Of a DNA stretch of 64,000 nt, positions 1-10,027 are shown piece by piece. Under the pieces are notes generated by a model. That model had not been told where the DNA came from. It saw only the letters and a program-made list of their open reading frames with translations, and did not search any database. The stretch covers positions 70,813 through 134,812 of the forward strand of contig JAYZFG010000015.1 in assembly GCA_036336885.1 (NCBI GenBank), given 5' to 3'. The translations under genes and the position numbers were made by a program. Within the stretch, counting starts at the first letter, position 1. Each line of letters begins with the position of its first letter. The stretch comes from Pseudomonadota bacterium. Lineage in GTDB: Bacteria > Pseudomonadota > Alphaproteobacteria > MPNO01 > UBA2964.

Positions 1-810
1 TGTCGGCGGCAAGCGAGAAATAACACTTGTCGCTCCATAATAAAAAGGGATGAGGACGGCAGGCCAAATTCCATGCGTAAAATATTTCTTTGACGTTGCG
101 TGAACTATATCTTCGGGCCCATATCCCATGAACTTCCCATGGCGCTCGGGTACTAAATAGAAATCATGTGAAAGATGAGTAATACCCTTAGCTGGACCTG
201 TAGTTCCGCCAGAATAGAACATATACGCAATATCGTTACGGTGCAGGGGTAAAGGGGCAAAAGTCCGCGCATTACCCTCGACAGTCTCGTTATAGGTTAG
301 TGTAGTACGATCACCGGCTTCGGGCGTATTTCCAATATCAACTCCACGAACGATGACATTTTCGAGCGTCCAAGGTATTTCATCAGCTATCTCCTCCAGC
401 TTACCTGTTTGCTCTACATCTATAAACAAAGATTTGGCAGCAGTGTCGCGCAAAAAATAAAGTAGATTTGGTGCTTTGTATGCGTCGGAGACAACCACGG
501 GTACAATTCCGGCACGTATTGCACCAAACCATACAGAAAGAAACTCCAGACTATCAGTCGCAAATAACAATATTCGCGAACCGGTTTCGATTTTTAGGGC
601 TTCCAGACCATTTGCCGCGCGGCAAACATGGCCTAAAAATTCTTCGTAGGTATAGGAATCATTGTCCACGATTAATGCAGTGGATCCTGATTTATCTGCC
701 GTCTGGTGTTTATCTAGAACGACTGTCGTTGGGTTGAAGTATTCCGGCACTTCAGGGTCAGTCCATTCCGACCATTCTTTGCCGAAAATAATATTTTTGT
801 AGTCGTTCAC
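1..810 (-). CDS. AMP-dependent acyl-CoA synthetase/ligase (ANL superfamily), N-terminal 270 codons; the 3' end lies beyond the window edge
   Basis: Absent from the ORF track because it runs off the left edge. My reverse-strand translation from GTG at 810 (purine-rich AAGAGGA/AAGGG within 15 nt upstream) reads VNDYKNIIFGKEW...NDIAYMFYSGGTTGPAKGITHLSHDF...YYGATSVISRLPPT with no stop down to position 1. YSGGTTGxxKG is the AMP-binding P-loop. It lies 68 bp downstream of frc on the same strand. Confidence 0.8.
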   Translation of the reverse strand, partial: MNDYKNIIFGKEWSEWTDPEVPEYFNPTTVVLDKHQTADKSGSTALIVDNDSYTYEEFLGHVCRAANGLEALKIETGSRILLFATDSLEFLSVWFGAIRAGIVPVVVSDAYKAPNLLYFLRDTAAKSLFIDVEQTGKLEEIADEIPWTLENVIVRGVDIGNTPEAGDRTTLTYNETVEGNARTFAPLPLHRNDIAYMFYSGGTTGPAKGITHLSHDFYLVPERHGKFMGYGPEDIVHATSKKYFTHGIWPAVLIPFYYGATSVISRLPPT

Positions 811-878
811 AGACCCTTAGTCCTCTTTTACGCAATTGGTTAATTTAAATATTTTGTCGCGAAATAACATAATCTATT

Positions 879-2129
879 TTAAATTGCGCCTTCTTCACGC
901 GCCTTGGATATCTCTTCATCAGTCAGACCAAGAACGGTTTTTAAAATTTCTTCAGTATGCTCGCCCAGCAAAGGTGATCGTTTTACCTCTGATATTGACT
1001 CAGACAATTTTACAGGATTGCCAACCGTCAGATACTTGCCTCGTTCCGGATGATCTACTTCAACAACAGTCCCGGTCTCCCTTAATGACGGCTCCTCCGC
1101 CAACTCTTTCATGGATAGTATCGGGCCGCAGGGGATATTTAGAGGATTACATTTTTTCATTACTTCAAACTTGTCGAGTGTCATGGTCCAATCTTCAATC
1201 GCATCGAATATTGGCTTGATCTTGTCTAGCCTCGCCTCAGGTTTGGCATACTCAGGGTCATCTTTCCATTCTGACTTGCCAATTAGATCGCAAATGTTTG
1301 CCCAGACCGCTGCCTGGGTAATAAAGTAAACATAAGCATTGGGATCTGTTTCCCATCCTTTGCATTTAAGAATCCAACCTGGTTGCCCTCCCCCGGAATC
1401 ATTCCCAGCTCGGGGTGTTGCTTCACCAAAAGGTATATCTTGACCATACTGACTATATTCCTTGAGTGGTCCGTGAGCCAGGCGCTGTTGATCACGTAGC
1501 TTTACTCTCGACAGGTTGAGCACACCATCCTGCATGGCACATTCAACACGCTGCCCTTTTCCGCTATTTTCCCGATGAAATAGAGCGGTTACGATACCGA
1601 ATGCTAGGTGTAAACCCGTTCCTGAATCTCCAATTTGTGCCCCGGTAACAACCGGCGGACCATCGAGAAAACCGGTAGTTGATGCTGCTCCCCCTGTACA
1701 CTGGGCAACATTCTCATAGACCTTGCAATCTTCATAAGGGCCCGGTCCAAAACCTTTTACTGACGCGTAAATCATTCGCGGATTTATTTCTTGAATTTTT
1801 TCCCATGGGAAGCCCATACGGTCGATTGCTCCAGGCGCAAAATTTTCAACCATCACATCACATTCTTCTATCAGCTTGGTGAAAATTTTTGCTCCAGATT
1901 TGGTTTTTGGATTTAACGTTACGCTCCGCTTATTATGATTGAGCATGGTAAAATAAAGGCTATCGACATCAGGAATATCGCGTAATTGGCCCCTTGTAGC
2001 ATCACCGACACCGGGCCTTTCTACCTTGATGACGTCGGCTCCAAACCAGGCTAGCAACTGGGTGCATGTCGGGCCCGATTGTACATGTGTCATGTCTAAA
2101 ATTTTTATACCTTCAAGGGCTTTACTCAT
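879..2129 (-). CDS. frc: Formyl-CoA:oxalate CoA-transferase (type III CoA-transferase)
   Basis: 416 aa, colinear with what I recall of E. coli YfdW / O. formigenes Frc. Shared stretches include [78 protein letters not shown] and a C-terminal PLLGEHT. It sits directly downstream of oxc. Confidence 0.93.
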   Translation of the reverse strand: MSKALEGIKILDMTHVQSGPTCTQLLAWFGADVIKVERPGVGDATRGQLRDIPDVDSLYFTMLNHNKRSVTLNPKTKSGAKIFTKLIEECDVMVENFAPGAIDRMGFPWEKIQEINPRMIYASVKGFGPGPYEDCKVYENVAQCTGGAASTTGFLDGPPVVTGAQIGDSGTGLHLAFGIVTALFHRENSGKGQRVECAMQDGVLNLSRVKLRDQQRLAHGPLKEYSQYGQDIPFGEATPRAGNDSGGGQPGWILKCKGWETDPNAYVYFITQAAVWANICDLIGKSEWKDDPEYAKPEARLDKIKPIFDAIEDWTMTLDKFEVMKKCNPLNIPCGPILSMKELAEEPSLRETGTVVEVDHPERGKYLTVGNPVKLSESISEVKRSPLLGEHTEEILKTVLGLTDEEISKAREEGAI

Positions 2130-2168
2130 CTCGTTATTCCTGCATCTGACCTTTTAATTTTTTAAAAA

Positions 2169-3884
2169 TTATTTTTTCCTAGCGACAACGCTTTGTGGAT
2201 TGAGATTGCCAATACGACCACTTTCTGTGCCTGCCTCTGGATCAATTACCGCATTCACCAATGTGGGAGCACCGGAGGCCAATGCAGCATTGACCGCTTG
2301 GCTGAGTTCGTCTGGAGATTTAGCATTATACCCTTTTCCACCGAACGCCTCCATCATCTTATCATATCGTGCGTCCTTAACGAAGACAGTAGTGGCAACA
2401 TCATCACCAGCGAAATTTTCGTCAGTGCCACGATAAATACCACCATTATTAAAGACAACTACACAGACTGGCAGATTATATCGGCAAATTGTCTCGATCT
2501 CCATACCGGAGAACCCAAAAGCGCTGTCCCCTTCAACTGCAAGAACCGGGCTCCCTGTCTCCACTGAAGCAGCTACCGCCGTTCCCATACCCACTCCCAT
2601 GACTCCCCAAGTTCCAACATCGAGCCTTTTTCGAGGCTTATACATATCAATAATACTACGCGCGAAGTCCAAGGTGTTGGCCCCCTCATTGACGAGAATG
2701 AGGTCCGGGTGCTCCCTGACAATCAAGCGAAGAGCCCCAAGCGCACCATGGTAGTCCATTGGCACGTTATTGTTCTGCAGCCGTGGCGCCATGCGGGCAA
2801 CATTGCTCTCTACCTTTTCTTTTACCGCATCTGTCCATATAGGTGGGGGCGAAGCCCAATCTTTCCCCATCGCGCTTATCATGGCGGCTATGCTGGACCC
2901 AATATCACCAACCACGGGAGCCACTATTTCTACATTACTATCCATTTCTTTTGGCTCGATATCGATTTGTATAAATTTTTTTGGCGTTTCGCCCCAAGCC
3001 TTACCCTTACCATGCGATAGCAACCAATTAAGGCGCGCACCGATCATCAGAACAACATCTGATTCCTTCAAAACAAGCGAACGAGCCGCACTTGCAGATT
3101 GTGGATGGTTGTCAGGAAGAATACCCTTTGCCATGCTCATCGGTAGATAAGGTATTCCGCTTTTTTCAACTAAAACTCGAATTTGTTCATCGACTTGAGC
3201 ATACGCGGCACCCTTACCCAATATAATGAGAGGCCTCTGTGCTTCCTTAATGACCCCAACAGCCCGCGCTATTGAAGCCGAGGAGGGTATTTGTTGTGGG
3301 GCGGGATCAATGACCTTAATAAGCGATTTCTCGCCAATATTGGCATCCATCACCTGGCCGAATAATTTTGCTGGAAAATCAAGATATACACCGCCAGGTC
3401 GCCCTGAAAGGGCCGCACGAATGGCACGCGCTATACCTACACCAATATCCTCTGCATGCAAGACACGGTATGCGGCTTTGCATAAAGCTTTTGCAATTGC
3501 CATCTGATCCATCTCTTCATAATCGCCCTGTTGGAGATCGACAATTTCCCGCTCTGAAGAGCCACTTATAAGGATCATGGGAAAGCAATTGGTTGTTGCA
3601 TGTGCTAGTGCCGTCAGTCCATTGAGAAACCCTGGGGCAGAAACCGTCAAACATACTCCCGGCTTCTGCGTCAAATATCCCGCTATTGCGGCGGCATAGC
3701 CGGCATTTTGCTCATGACGGAAAGATAAAACACGCATACCTGCCTGCTGCATAAAGCGGCCCAGATCCGTGATTGGAATTCCAGGAACATTATAAATCGT
3801 ATTGATTTCATTTAGTTTGAGCGCGTCAATGATAAGGTGGAACCCGTCTGTCAGGTTTTCGCCTTCTGCATTCTTCTCCGTCAT
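2169..3884 (-). CDS. oxc: Oxalyl-CoA decarboxylase (thiamine-diphosphate dependent)
   Basis: 571 aa with ThDP-enzyme architecture. The N-terminal [28 protein letters not shown] and [12 protein letters not shown] motifs are present, as is the ThDP-binding [31 protein letters not shown] (GDS...NN) motif. It is paired with frc 39 bp downstream. Confidence 0.92.
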   Translation of the reverse strand: MTEKNAEGENLTDGFHLIIDALKLNEINTIYNVPGIPITDLGRFMQQAGMRVLSFRHEQNAGYAAAIAGYLTQKPGVCLTVSAPGFLNGLTALAHATTNCFPMILISGSSEREIVDLQQGDYEEMDQMAIAKALCKAAYRVLHAEDIGVGIARAIRAALSGRPGGVYLDFPAKLFGQVMDANIGEKSLIKVIDPAPQQIPSSASIARAVGVIKEAQRPLIILGKGAAYAQVDEQIRVLVEKSGIPYLPMSMAKGILPDNHPQSASAARSLVLKESDVVLMIGARLNWLLSHGKGKAWGETPKKFIQIDIEPKEMDSNVEIVAPVVGDIGSSIAAMISAMGKDWASPPPIWTDAVKEKVESNVARMAPRLQNNNVPMDYHGALGALRLIVREHPDLILVNEGANTLDFARSIIDMYKPRKRLDVGTWGVMGVGMGTAVAASVETGSPVLAVEGDSAFGFSGMEIETICRYNLPVCVVVFNNGGIYRGTDENFAGDDVATTVFVKDARYDKMMEAFGGKGYNAKSPDELSQAVNAALASGAPTLVNAVIDPEAGTESGRIGNLNPQSVVARKK

Positions 3885-4267
3885 TTTAAATTCCTAATCT
3901 AGGTTACTCATGTTTACCTTCAACATTTCTTACCGAACTTTATGCTAAGAAAGCTAGATGTCTAGGCAATTAAATTGTAGATGTTTTGTGTCCACGTTTT
4001 CGCCGAATGACGCCTATTAGCGGCCATAATAAAAGTCCGATTGCAACCACCATAATTGTTTAGGCTCTCGGGCGGGAAATTTATCCGCAAGAGTCGACAC
4101 ACAATCCCAAACACAGCTATTTATTCTTTGGATAATTTTGGATAAAAAATGCTCTTTAATGCCGCATAAAAAATCATGAGTGGATGAAAAAAAGCTGTTT
4201 GTATGGATCTAAAAGTAACGATAAGGTGACGCTGTTAAACCAAATATATTTTTTAAGGGAGGTTACA

Positions 4268-5254
4268 GTGAAACGTCTTCTTACCGGAATTGCAGCCGCT
4301 AGTTTGATGCTGACAGCACTTTCACTAACGGCTAACGCTGCCACAATTAAAATCTTAACAAGTTGGAATAAAAACGTTTGGCCGACTTATGTTGTACTTG
4401 ATGCATTCGTTAAAAATGTCAAAAAAATTGGCGGCGATAAGATCAAAATGCGTATCAGTGGCCCGGAAGTTGTCCCAGGCTTTGAACAACTTCAACCTGT
4501 GAAGGCTGGTGTGTTCGACTTACTCTTCACACATGGTGTCTACCATATGGGATCAAAAGGGCTGGCTGCAATCATGGATGCTATGAATGCTGACCCTGTC
4601 GGAAAACGAACTTCCGGCGTATGGGACCATCTGGACAAATTTTATCAAAAGACACACGGTTTGAAGCTGATCGCTATTTCACCGAATAGTACCAAAGGTT
4701 ACCACATTTTTCTTAAAAAGCCTCTCTCCAGCGCGGGTGATTGGAAGGGCCGAAAAATAAGGGGAACGCAGACTTATCACGGCGTAATTAGACTATTTGG
4801 CGGTGAGCCAGTGGTCATGCCCGGTTCTCAAGTTTACTCCGCACTTGAAAAGGGCGTTGTCGACGGTGCCGCATGGCCAGCAGCCGGCATGCTCAGCATG
4901 AAGCACTTCGAGGTCGCCAAACATAAAGTACGTCCGACTTTCGGAACGTCAACTTTACCATTTCTGATGAACCTCAAAAGTTTCAACAAACTTAGTAAGG
5001 AGAAGCAAAACATACTCCTTCAAGCAGGATACATCACGGAATTAGAGATGCCGTGGAAGGGTGACAAGGTTCAGGCTAAGGAAGACGCAGAACTCGCCAA
5101 GCGTGGTGTTAAGATCACACGTCTACCAGAAAATCAGATAGCTAAAATGCGCAAAGCGTTCTCATCCAGTATTTGGGCTTTAGGTGACAAATGCTGCGGC
5201 GCTGACGCTAAAAAGCTTCGCGAACTAGCCGAAAAAGCCGGACTTTCCTGGTAA
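4268..5254 (+). CDS. dctP: TRAP transporter substrate-binding protein (DctP family)
   Basis: The track ORF starts at 4184. GTG at 4268 is preceded by AAGGGAGG (4254-4261) and gives a clean signal peptide, VKRLLTGIAAASLMLTALSLTANA. The mature protein has a DctP-like pattern (KGRKIRGT, VVDGAAWP). dctQ and dctM follow it. Confidence 0.85.
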   Translation: MKRLLTGIAAASLMLTALSLTANAATIKILTSWNKNVWPTYVVLDAFVKNVKKIGGDKIKMRISGPEVVPGFEQLQPVKAGVFDLLFTHGVYHMGSKGLAAIMDAMNADPVGKRTSGVWDHLDKFYQKTHGLKLIAISPNSTKGYHIFLKKPLSSAGDWKGRKIRGTQTYHGVIRLFGGEPVVMPGSQVYSALEKGVVDGAAWPAAGMLSMKHFEVAKHKVRPTFGTSTLPFLMNLKSFNKLSKEKQNILLQAGYITELEMPWKGDKVQAKEDAELAKRGVKITRLPENQIAKMRKAFSSSIWALGDKCCGADAKKLRELAEKAGLSW

Positions 5255-5332
5255 TACTGGATTACAAAATGGTGGCAAGGGGACACGACTAAAATACTTT
5301 CGTAGCCCTAACCGCCGTTATGGTGTCGTGAT

Positions 5333-5854
5333 ATGGGTTGTTATCGCACGTTGATACGTTGGCATGACCAGCTTACGGTTGTTGGCTATTACCTCGGCTG
5401 TGCCGCTCTTGCTATAATCTTTGGTGCATACATTATTGAGGTTTTTGGACGTTATTTTTTCAATGCTCCCCAATGGTGGGCCAGCGAGGCGGTGTCCTAT
5501 TCTCTTTGCGCCGGCACATTCCTGATGATGCCTTATGTCACCTGGAAAAAAGGCCACGTGGCGGTCGCTTTAATTTTTGACATGCTACCCGAGAATGGGG
5601 CCAGAGTTGCTCTCTGGCTAACCTATCTTCTAGGTACATTAGCTTGTGGATTCGCAGCGTGGATCACAATGGAAGAAACAATCCGTCAGTATGTTAATAA
5701 CGTCCACCTTATGGCTGTGAAACCGGTCCCGAAATACCTTGTATCAGTATTTATTCCGTTTGGTTTTGCGAGTTCCACCTTACATTTTTTCCGTCTCTTA
5801 GAATTTAAGGCCATCGACCCAAATAATTCTGGCAGTGGATTTAGCGAAGGTTAG
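5333..5854 (+). CDS. dctQ: TRAP transporter small permease (DctQ family)
   Basis: 173 aa with four hydrophobic segments. The RYFFNAPQWWASE motif is typical of DctQ. It sits between dctP and dctM, 3 bp from the dctM start. The start codon is uncertain because no clear SD is present. Confidence 0.8.
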   Translation: MGCYRTLIRWHDQLTVVGYYLGCAALAIIFGAYIIEVFGRYFFNAPQWWASEAVSYSLCAGTFLMMPYVTWKKGHVAVALIFDMLPENGARVALWLTYLLGTLACGFAAWITMEETIRQYVNNVHLMAVKPVPKYLVSVFIPFGFASSTLHFFRLLEFKAIDPNNSGSGFSEG

Positions 5855-5857
5855 ATT

Positions 5858-7171
5858 ATGGGTTGGGAAGCAACATTACTGACAGCCATTCTCCTTCTTC
5901 TTGCCGCCTTTATGTCTGGCGCCCCACTTTTCGTTGCCTTTCTTGCAATTAACCTCACAGGTGTAGCCGTGTTCCTGGGGCCAGCGGGTTTTGGAATGGT
6001 GGCTAACTCAATTTTCGACACGGGTAATAACGCTGACCTCGCAACCATACCGCTATTTATTCTTATGGCGGAGGTTCTTTTCCGCTCCGGTACTGTCGAT
6101 ATCTTGTTCGATGCCGTTGACAAGCTTATTGGTCGCATGAAAGGCCGACAGTATGTATTAACGATTTCACTTTCTACAGTCTTTGGTGCGCTTTCTGGCG
6201 CGGGGATGGCAGTAGCTGCAATGTTAGCACGCACCGTTTTCCCTACGATGCGTGACCGGGGTTACGATACAAAACTTGCGATAGGAAATATATTAGCAGG
6301 TGCCAGCTTAGCTCCAATTATTCCCCCAAGTGTACTTGCGATTGTTATCGGAACACTCTCAAATACGTCAATTGCAGGCCTACTTATTGGTGGGATAATT
6401 CCGGGACTCATGCTTTCAGCAATGTTCCTTACATACACTATGCTACGCGTAAAATTTAATCCTTCATTGGCGCCAGATGATGGTCAGGATGTAGCACCTA
6501 AAATCTCGGCCGGCGAAAAGCTTCGTGCCATAGCAGGATGTATGCCCTTTGCCCTTATAATTTTCTCAGTCATGGGCTTCATCATGTTTGGGATTGCAAC
6601 ACCGTCTGAAGCTGCTGCAACGGGTGTGCTTGCAGCAATAATTACAGCAGCCTATTACCGTCGTTTAAGCTGGAAAATGATAACAGAATCTCTTGGAACT
6701 GCGGCATTTATAACCAGTATGATCCTATTAATTATGGCAAGTTCTCGAATGTTTAGCCAACTTCTGGCTTTCACGGGAGCTACCACAGAATTAACAAACT
6801 TGATTGTTAGCCTTGGCTGGCACCCTATGTTGATGCTCTTCATCATGATGGCAATCCCATTCGTCCTTTGTATGTTTATCGACCAGATTGCTTTGATGCT
6901 CGTTGTGATCCCGATTTATCAACCCCTACTCACAACCCTAGGGTTTGACCCGATTTGGTTTTGGCTAATCATGTTATTGAACGTCACCGTTGGCGGAATA
7001 TCTCCACCATTTGGCTACGTTATTTTTGCTTTCCAAGGTGCAGCAGACAAAGTTCAAATCTCAGATGTCTTCAGGGCCTCATGGCCGTTTGTTGTCTTGT
7101 TTCTATTGGGAATGGTTGCGCTGGCTGCATTCCCACCGTTAGTAACCGCCTTGCCCAGCCTTTTTAAATAA
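5858..7171 (+). CDS. dctM: TRAP transporter large permease (DctM family)
   Basis: 437 aa, highly hydrophobic and multi-spanning. Length and composition are DctM-like, and it completes the dctPQM order. Confidence 0.9.
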   Translation: MGWEATLLTAILLLLAAFMSGAPLFVAFLAINLTGVAVFLGPAGFGMVANSIFDTGNNADLATIPLFILMAEVLFRSGTVDILFDAVDKLIGRMKGRQYVLTISLSTVFGALSGAGMAVAAMLARTVFPTMRDRGYDTKLAIGNILAGASLAPIIPPSVLAIVIGTLSNTSIAGLLIGGIIPGLMLSAMFLTYTMLRVKFNPSLAPDDGQDVAPKISAGEKLRAIAGCMPFALIIFSVMGFIMFGIATPSEAAATGVLAAIITAAYYRRLSWKMITESLGTAAFITSMILLIMASSRMFSQLLAFTGATTELTNLIVSLGWHPMLMLFIMMAIPFVLCMFIDQIALMLVVIPIYQPLLTTLGFDPIWFWLIMLLNVTVGGISPPFGYVIFAFQGAADKVQISDVFRASWPFVVLFLLGMVALAAFPPLVTALPSLFK

Positions 7172-7302
7172 TCTTTTGCCGCAAAATATGTAAAACTTCA
7201 TTCATACGGACGGACTTTGCATAGATGTGGATTATAGAGAAGATCATTTCACCAAAAGACACAGGTATAACGTGCCACTAAATCCAAGGCATGTTTATGT
7301 GA

Positions 7303-8790
7303 TTAAGAGCTAGCAGCGGCCCCAGCTGAAGTCCCTGCGAGTTTTCCAAAGACAGAACCAGCGGTTAAACCCGACCCCCCGGGATAGTTGAAATAAAATA
7401 AGCCCCCTACACACTCACCCGCCGCATATAATCCTTCCATGGGAACCAAATCCGTATCTACGACTTGACCTTCGGTGTTAATTCTTAATCCACCAAAGGT
7501 AAAAGTAACGCCGCAAGTTACCTGATAAGCCTCGAACGGCGCGGTATCAATCGTCTGTGCCCAATTAGATTTATTAATTTCTAGTCCCTCGGTACATCTT
7601 CCATCTTTTACGTTTGGATTATATTCAATATCTTGACGGACGGCTGCGTTATATTCCTCTATTTCTTTAAGAAACGCTGCCTTATCCACACCTTCAAGCT
7701 TTTCTGCAAGTCCTTCAATGGTATCGGCTGTAACCTTAGTAACCTGACGGATTGCATATTCATCACGTTTTAGATGTGCGACTTTAGAATCCAATACTTG
7801 CCAAGCAAACTGGGCAGGCTGTTCAAGAATTACTCGTCCATATTTTGCGTACGTGTAATTGCGAAAATCAGCACCCTCATCTACAAAGCGCTTACCAGTT
7901 GCATTAACCATTATGAAGAATGGATATGAGTGTTTCTGGAATTGGTCCCCCACTGCAAGATCACCAAATTCCGGGGCATTTCGATCCCAACCAACCGCGT
8001 GGCAGCCGGACCAATTACCATAGGTTGCCGCACCAATATCAGTCGCCATTCGAATACCATCACCAGTATTGAAACGTGTGCCTCGAATTTTTGCAAGATC
8101 CCACCCAGGACCAAGATAACGTGTGCGCCATTCAGGGTTTGCCTGAAATCCTCCCGAGGCCATTACTACTGATTTACAATTAAGCTCTTTAACCTCACCA
8201 TTTTGCTTGACTCGGACGCCAGTGACTTTAGCGCCATCAAAATTCAAGCTCACGGCCCGAGTTTGAAACATTGTTTCAATACCATTCTTTTTGGTTATTT
8301 CTTGTTGGGCTTCATAAAGGCCTGGTCCACCGCCCCAGGTCTCGACCGTTAAACCGCCCCAGAACTTGAATTTGCCGTCAATTTTAAACGCTTGTCGGCC
8401 ATAAATTGGTACGAATCGGATTCCCTTCTCACGCATCCAGGTTAGCGTTTCAAGGCTTTTTGTCACCAAGGTTTCTGCCATATCAGGATCGGTTCGAAAC
8501 TGAGTCACCCGAAATATATCATCAAAAAATTGATCTTGCGTATAGGTTCCAAAGTCGGTGTCGGCAATTTCTTGATTAGAAAGCTCCACTAATTTTTTTA
8601 TATCTTCGACCCCATCATAAACGACACGCATGGCGCCGGCAGTAAAACGTGTATTGCCACCGGCTTCATCCTCCGGCGCTCGTTCCAACATAACTATTTT
8701 GTTTGCGCCCGCATCTTGCGCAGCCAAGGCCGCACATGCCGCGGCATTACCAGCCCCAACCACAACTACATCATAATTTTCATTAGCCAT
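7303..8790 (-). CDS. FAD-dependent oxidoreductase, tricarballylate dehydrogenase (TcuA)/fumarate-reductase flavoprotein-like
   Basis: 495 aa. The N-terminal dinucleotide fold YDVVVVGAGNAAACAALAA...LERAP..EAGGNTRFTAG and the C-terminal GLYAAGECVGG are typical of the TcuA/FrdA-like flavoprotein family. No TcuB-like Fe-S partner is adjacent. Confidence 0.75.
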   Translation of the reverse strand: MANENYDVVVVGAGNAAACAALAAQDAGANKIVMLERAPEDEAGGNTRFTAGAMRVVYDGVEDIKKLVELSNQEIADTDFGTYTQDQFFDDIFRVTQFRTDPDMAETLVTKSLETLTWMREKGIRFVPIYGRQAFKIDGKFKFWGGLTVETWGGGPGLYEAQQEITKKNGIETMFQTRAVSLNFDGAKVTGVRVKQNGEVKELNCKSVVMASGGFQANPEWRTRYLGPGWDLAKIRGTRFNTGDGIRMATDIGAATYGNWSGCHAVGWDRNAPEFGDLAVGDQFQKHSYPFFIMVNATGKRFVDEGADFRNYTYAKYGRVILEQPAQFAWQVLDSKVAHLKRDEYAIRQVTKVTADTIEGLAEKLEGVDKAAFLKEIEEYNAAVRQDIEYNPNVKDGRCTEGLEINKSNWAQTIDTAPFEAYQVTCGVTFTFGGLRINTEGQVVDTDLVPMEGLYAAGECVGGLFYFNYPGGSGLTAGSVFGKLAGTSAGAAASS

Positions 8791-9004
8791 CTTTACGTCT
8801 TCCTTTGATCCCGGTGGTCACTATTTGTATTTGGATATACCGGCTAACAGACGTTGCGACAAGGGTTGACAATTTATCTGAAAAAAAATGTTAAACACAC
8901 AACCTATGACAATGGAAAAGATCGAAACTCTAATTATATCAAATTCGTTGATATCTTAAGAATGTTCGGTCAAGATTTTGAAAAATCAAAGAGAAAGAAA
9001 AAAG

Positions 9005-10024
9005 ATGCAGTTTGGCCTTGCTATCCGCGGCCAGTATGACGCCCGTCAAGATATTCGAACTTGTTTTGAAGAGCTTATGACTGAGTGTAGGGCTGCGGAG
9101 GAACTAGGATTTGACTCTATCACTAAAACTTCACATTACAGCACCGCACCGTTCCAGGCATTTCAACAACTTCCCATTCTTGCGAGATTAAGCGCAGAAA
9201 CCAAGCGTGTAAGATTAAACGCCGGGGTTATTCTTCTGTCATTACACAAACCTCTTGATATTGCTGAACAACTGGCCACCATCGACATAATGTCCAATGG
9301 CCGCTTAATCTGTGGTGTTGCCCTTGGGTACCGCGAAGTGGAATTTGCCGCATTCGGAAGTGAGGTAAAGAAACGCGGCAAGCTTCTTGAAGAAAATTTA
9401 ATAGCCCTCAGAAGGCTTTGGTCAGAAGAAAAGGTTACAATGACAGGTAGTCACTTTAATCTTCAAAATGCCTCATGCTCACCTAAACCCATCCAACAAC
9501 CACATCCTCCAATTTGGATTGGTGCGAACGCCGACCCAGCGATTAAGCGTGCAGCAAAGCTTGGTGACTGTTGGTATATTAATCCCCATAACAAAATTAG
9601 CGATATAAAAAAACAGATGGAATTTTATAAACGGGCTTTAGATTATTACTGTAAGCCCTTCCCAAATGAACTGCCAATGCGCAGAGAGGTTTTTGTCGCC
9701 GAGACCCGGGAGGAAGCTTTGAGAATAGCAGGGCCTTATATCAAAAAAAAATATGATGCCTATCAATCCTGGGGTCAGGGTGATCAACTGCCAGATGGCG
9801 ATAAAAATTTGGCATTAGCATTTGACGAACTCGCAGGCGATCGTTTTATCATTGGTTCTCCAGATGACGTCACCGAACAAATCATAAATCTTAATAATGA
9901 AGTCGGAACAAATCATTTAATCATGAGTATACAATGGGCTGACATGCCTCACTCTCTCACAATGGACACACTTTCAATTTTAGGTGAGAGAGTATTTCCT
10001 CAGGTCCGACAGATTATAGGGTAA
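9005..10024 (+). CDS. LLM-class (luciferase-like) flavin/F420-type oxidoreductase
   Basis: The track ORF begins at TTG 8978. ATG 9005 gives the usual LLM N-terminus MQFGLAIRG. ELGFDS..., IDIMSNGRLICGVALGY and PHPPIWIGA are LLM hallmarks. Confidence 0.8.
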   Translation: MQFGLAIRGQYDARQDIRTCFEELMTECRAAEELGFDSITKTSHYSTAPFQAFQQLPILARLSAETKRVRLNAGVILLSLHKPLDIAEQLATIDIMSNGRLICGVALGYREVEFAAFGSEVKKRGKLLEENLIALRRLWSEEKVTMTGSHFNLQNASCSPKPIQQPHPPIWIGANADPAIKRAAKLGDCWYINPHNKISDIKKQMEFYKRALDYYCKPFPNELPMRREVFVAETREEALRIAGPYIKKKYDAYQSWGQGDQLPDGDKNLALAFDELAGDRFIIGSPDDVTEQIINLNNEVGTNHLIMSIQWADMPHSLTMDTLSILGERVFPQVRQIIG

Positions 10025-10027
10025 CGA

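Noticed and set aside
468-1219. Plus-strand ORFs 468-737 and 836-1219 near the left edge.
   Set aside because: They are antisense to the acyl-CoA ligase fragment (1-810) and to frc (879-2129), both of which have clear family motifs. The products have no recognisable features.
8866-8894. Possible sigma-70 promoter TTGACA-N17-TGTTAA upstream of the LLM gene.
   Set aside because: The -35 is perfect but the -10 matches only 3 of 6 positions. Alphaproteobacterial promoters are poorly predicted by eye, so I did not report it as a feature.
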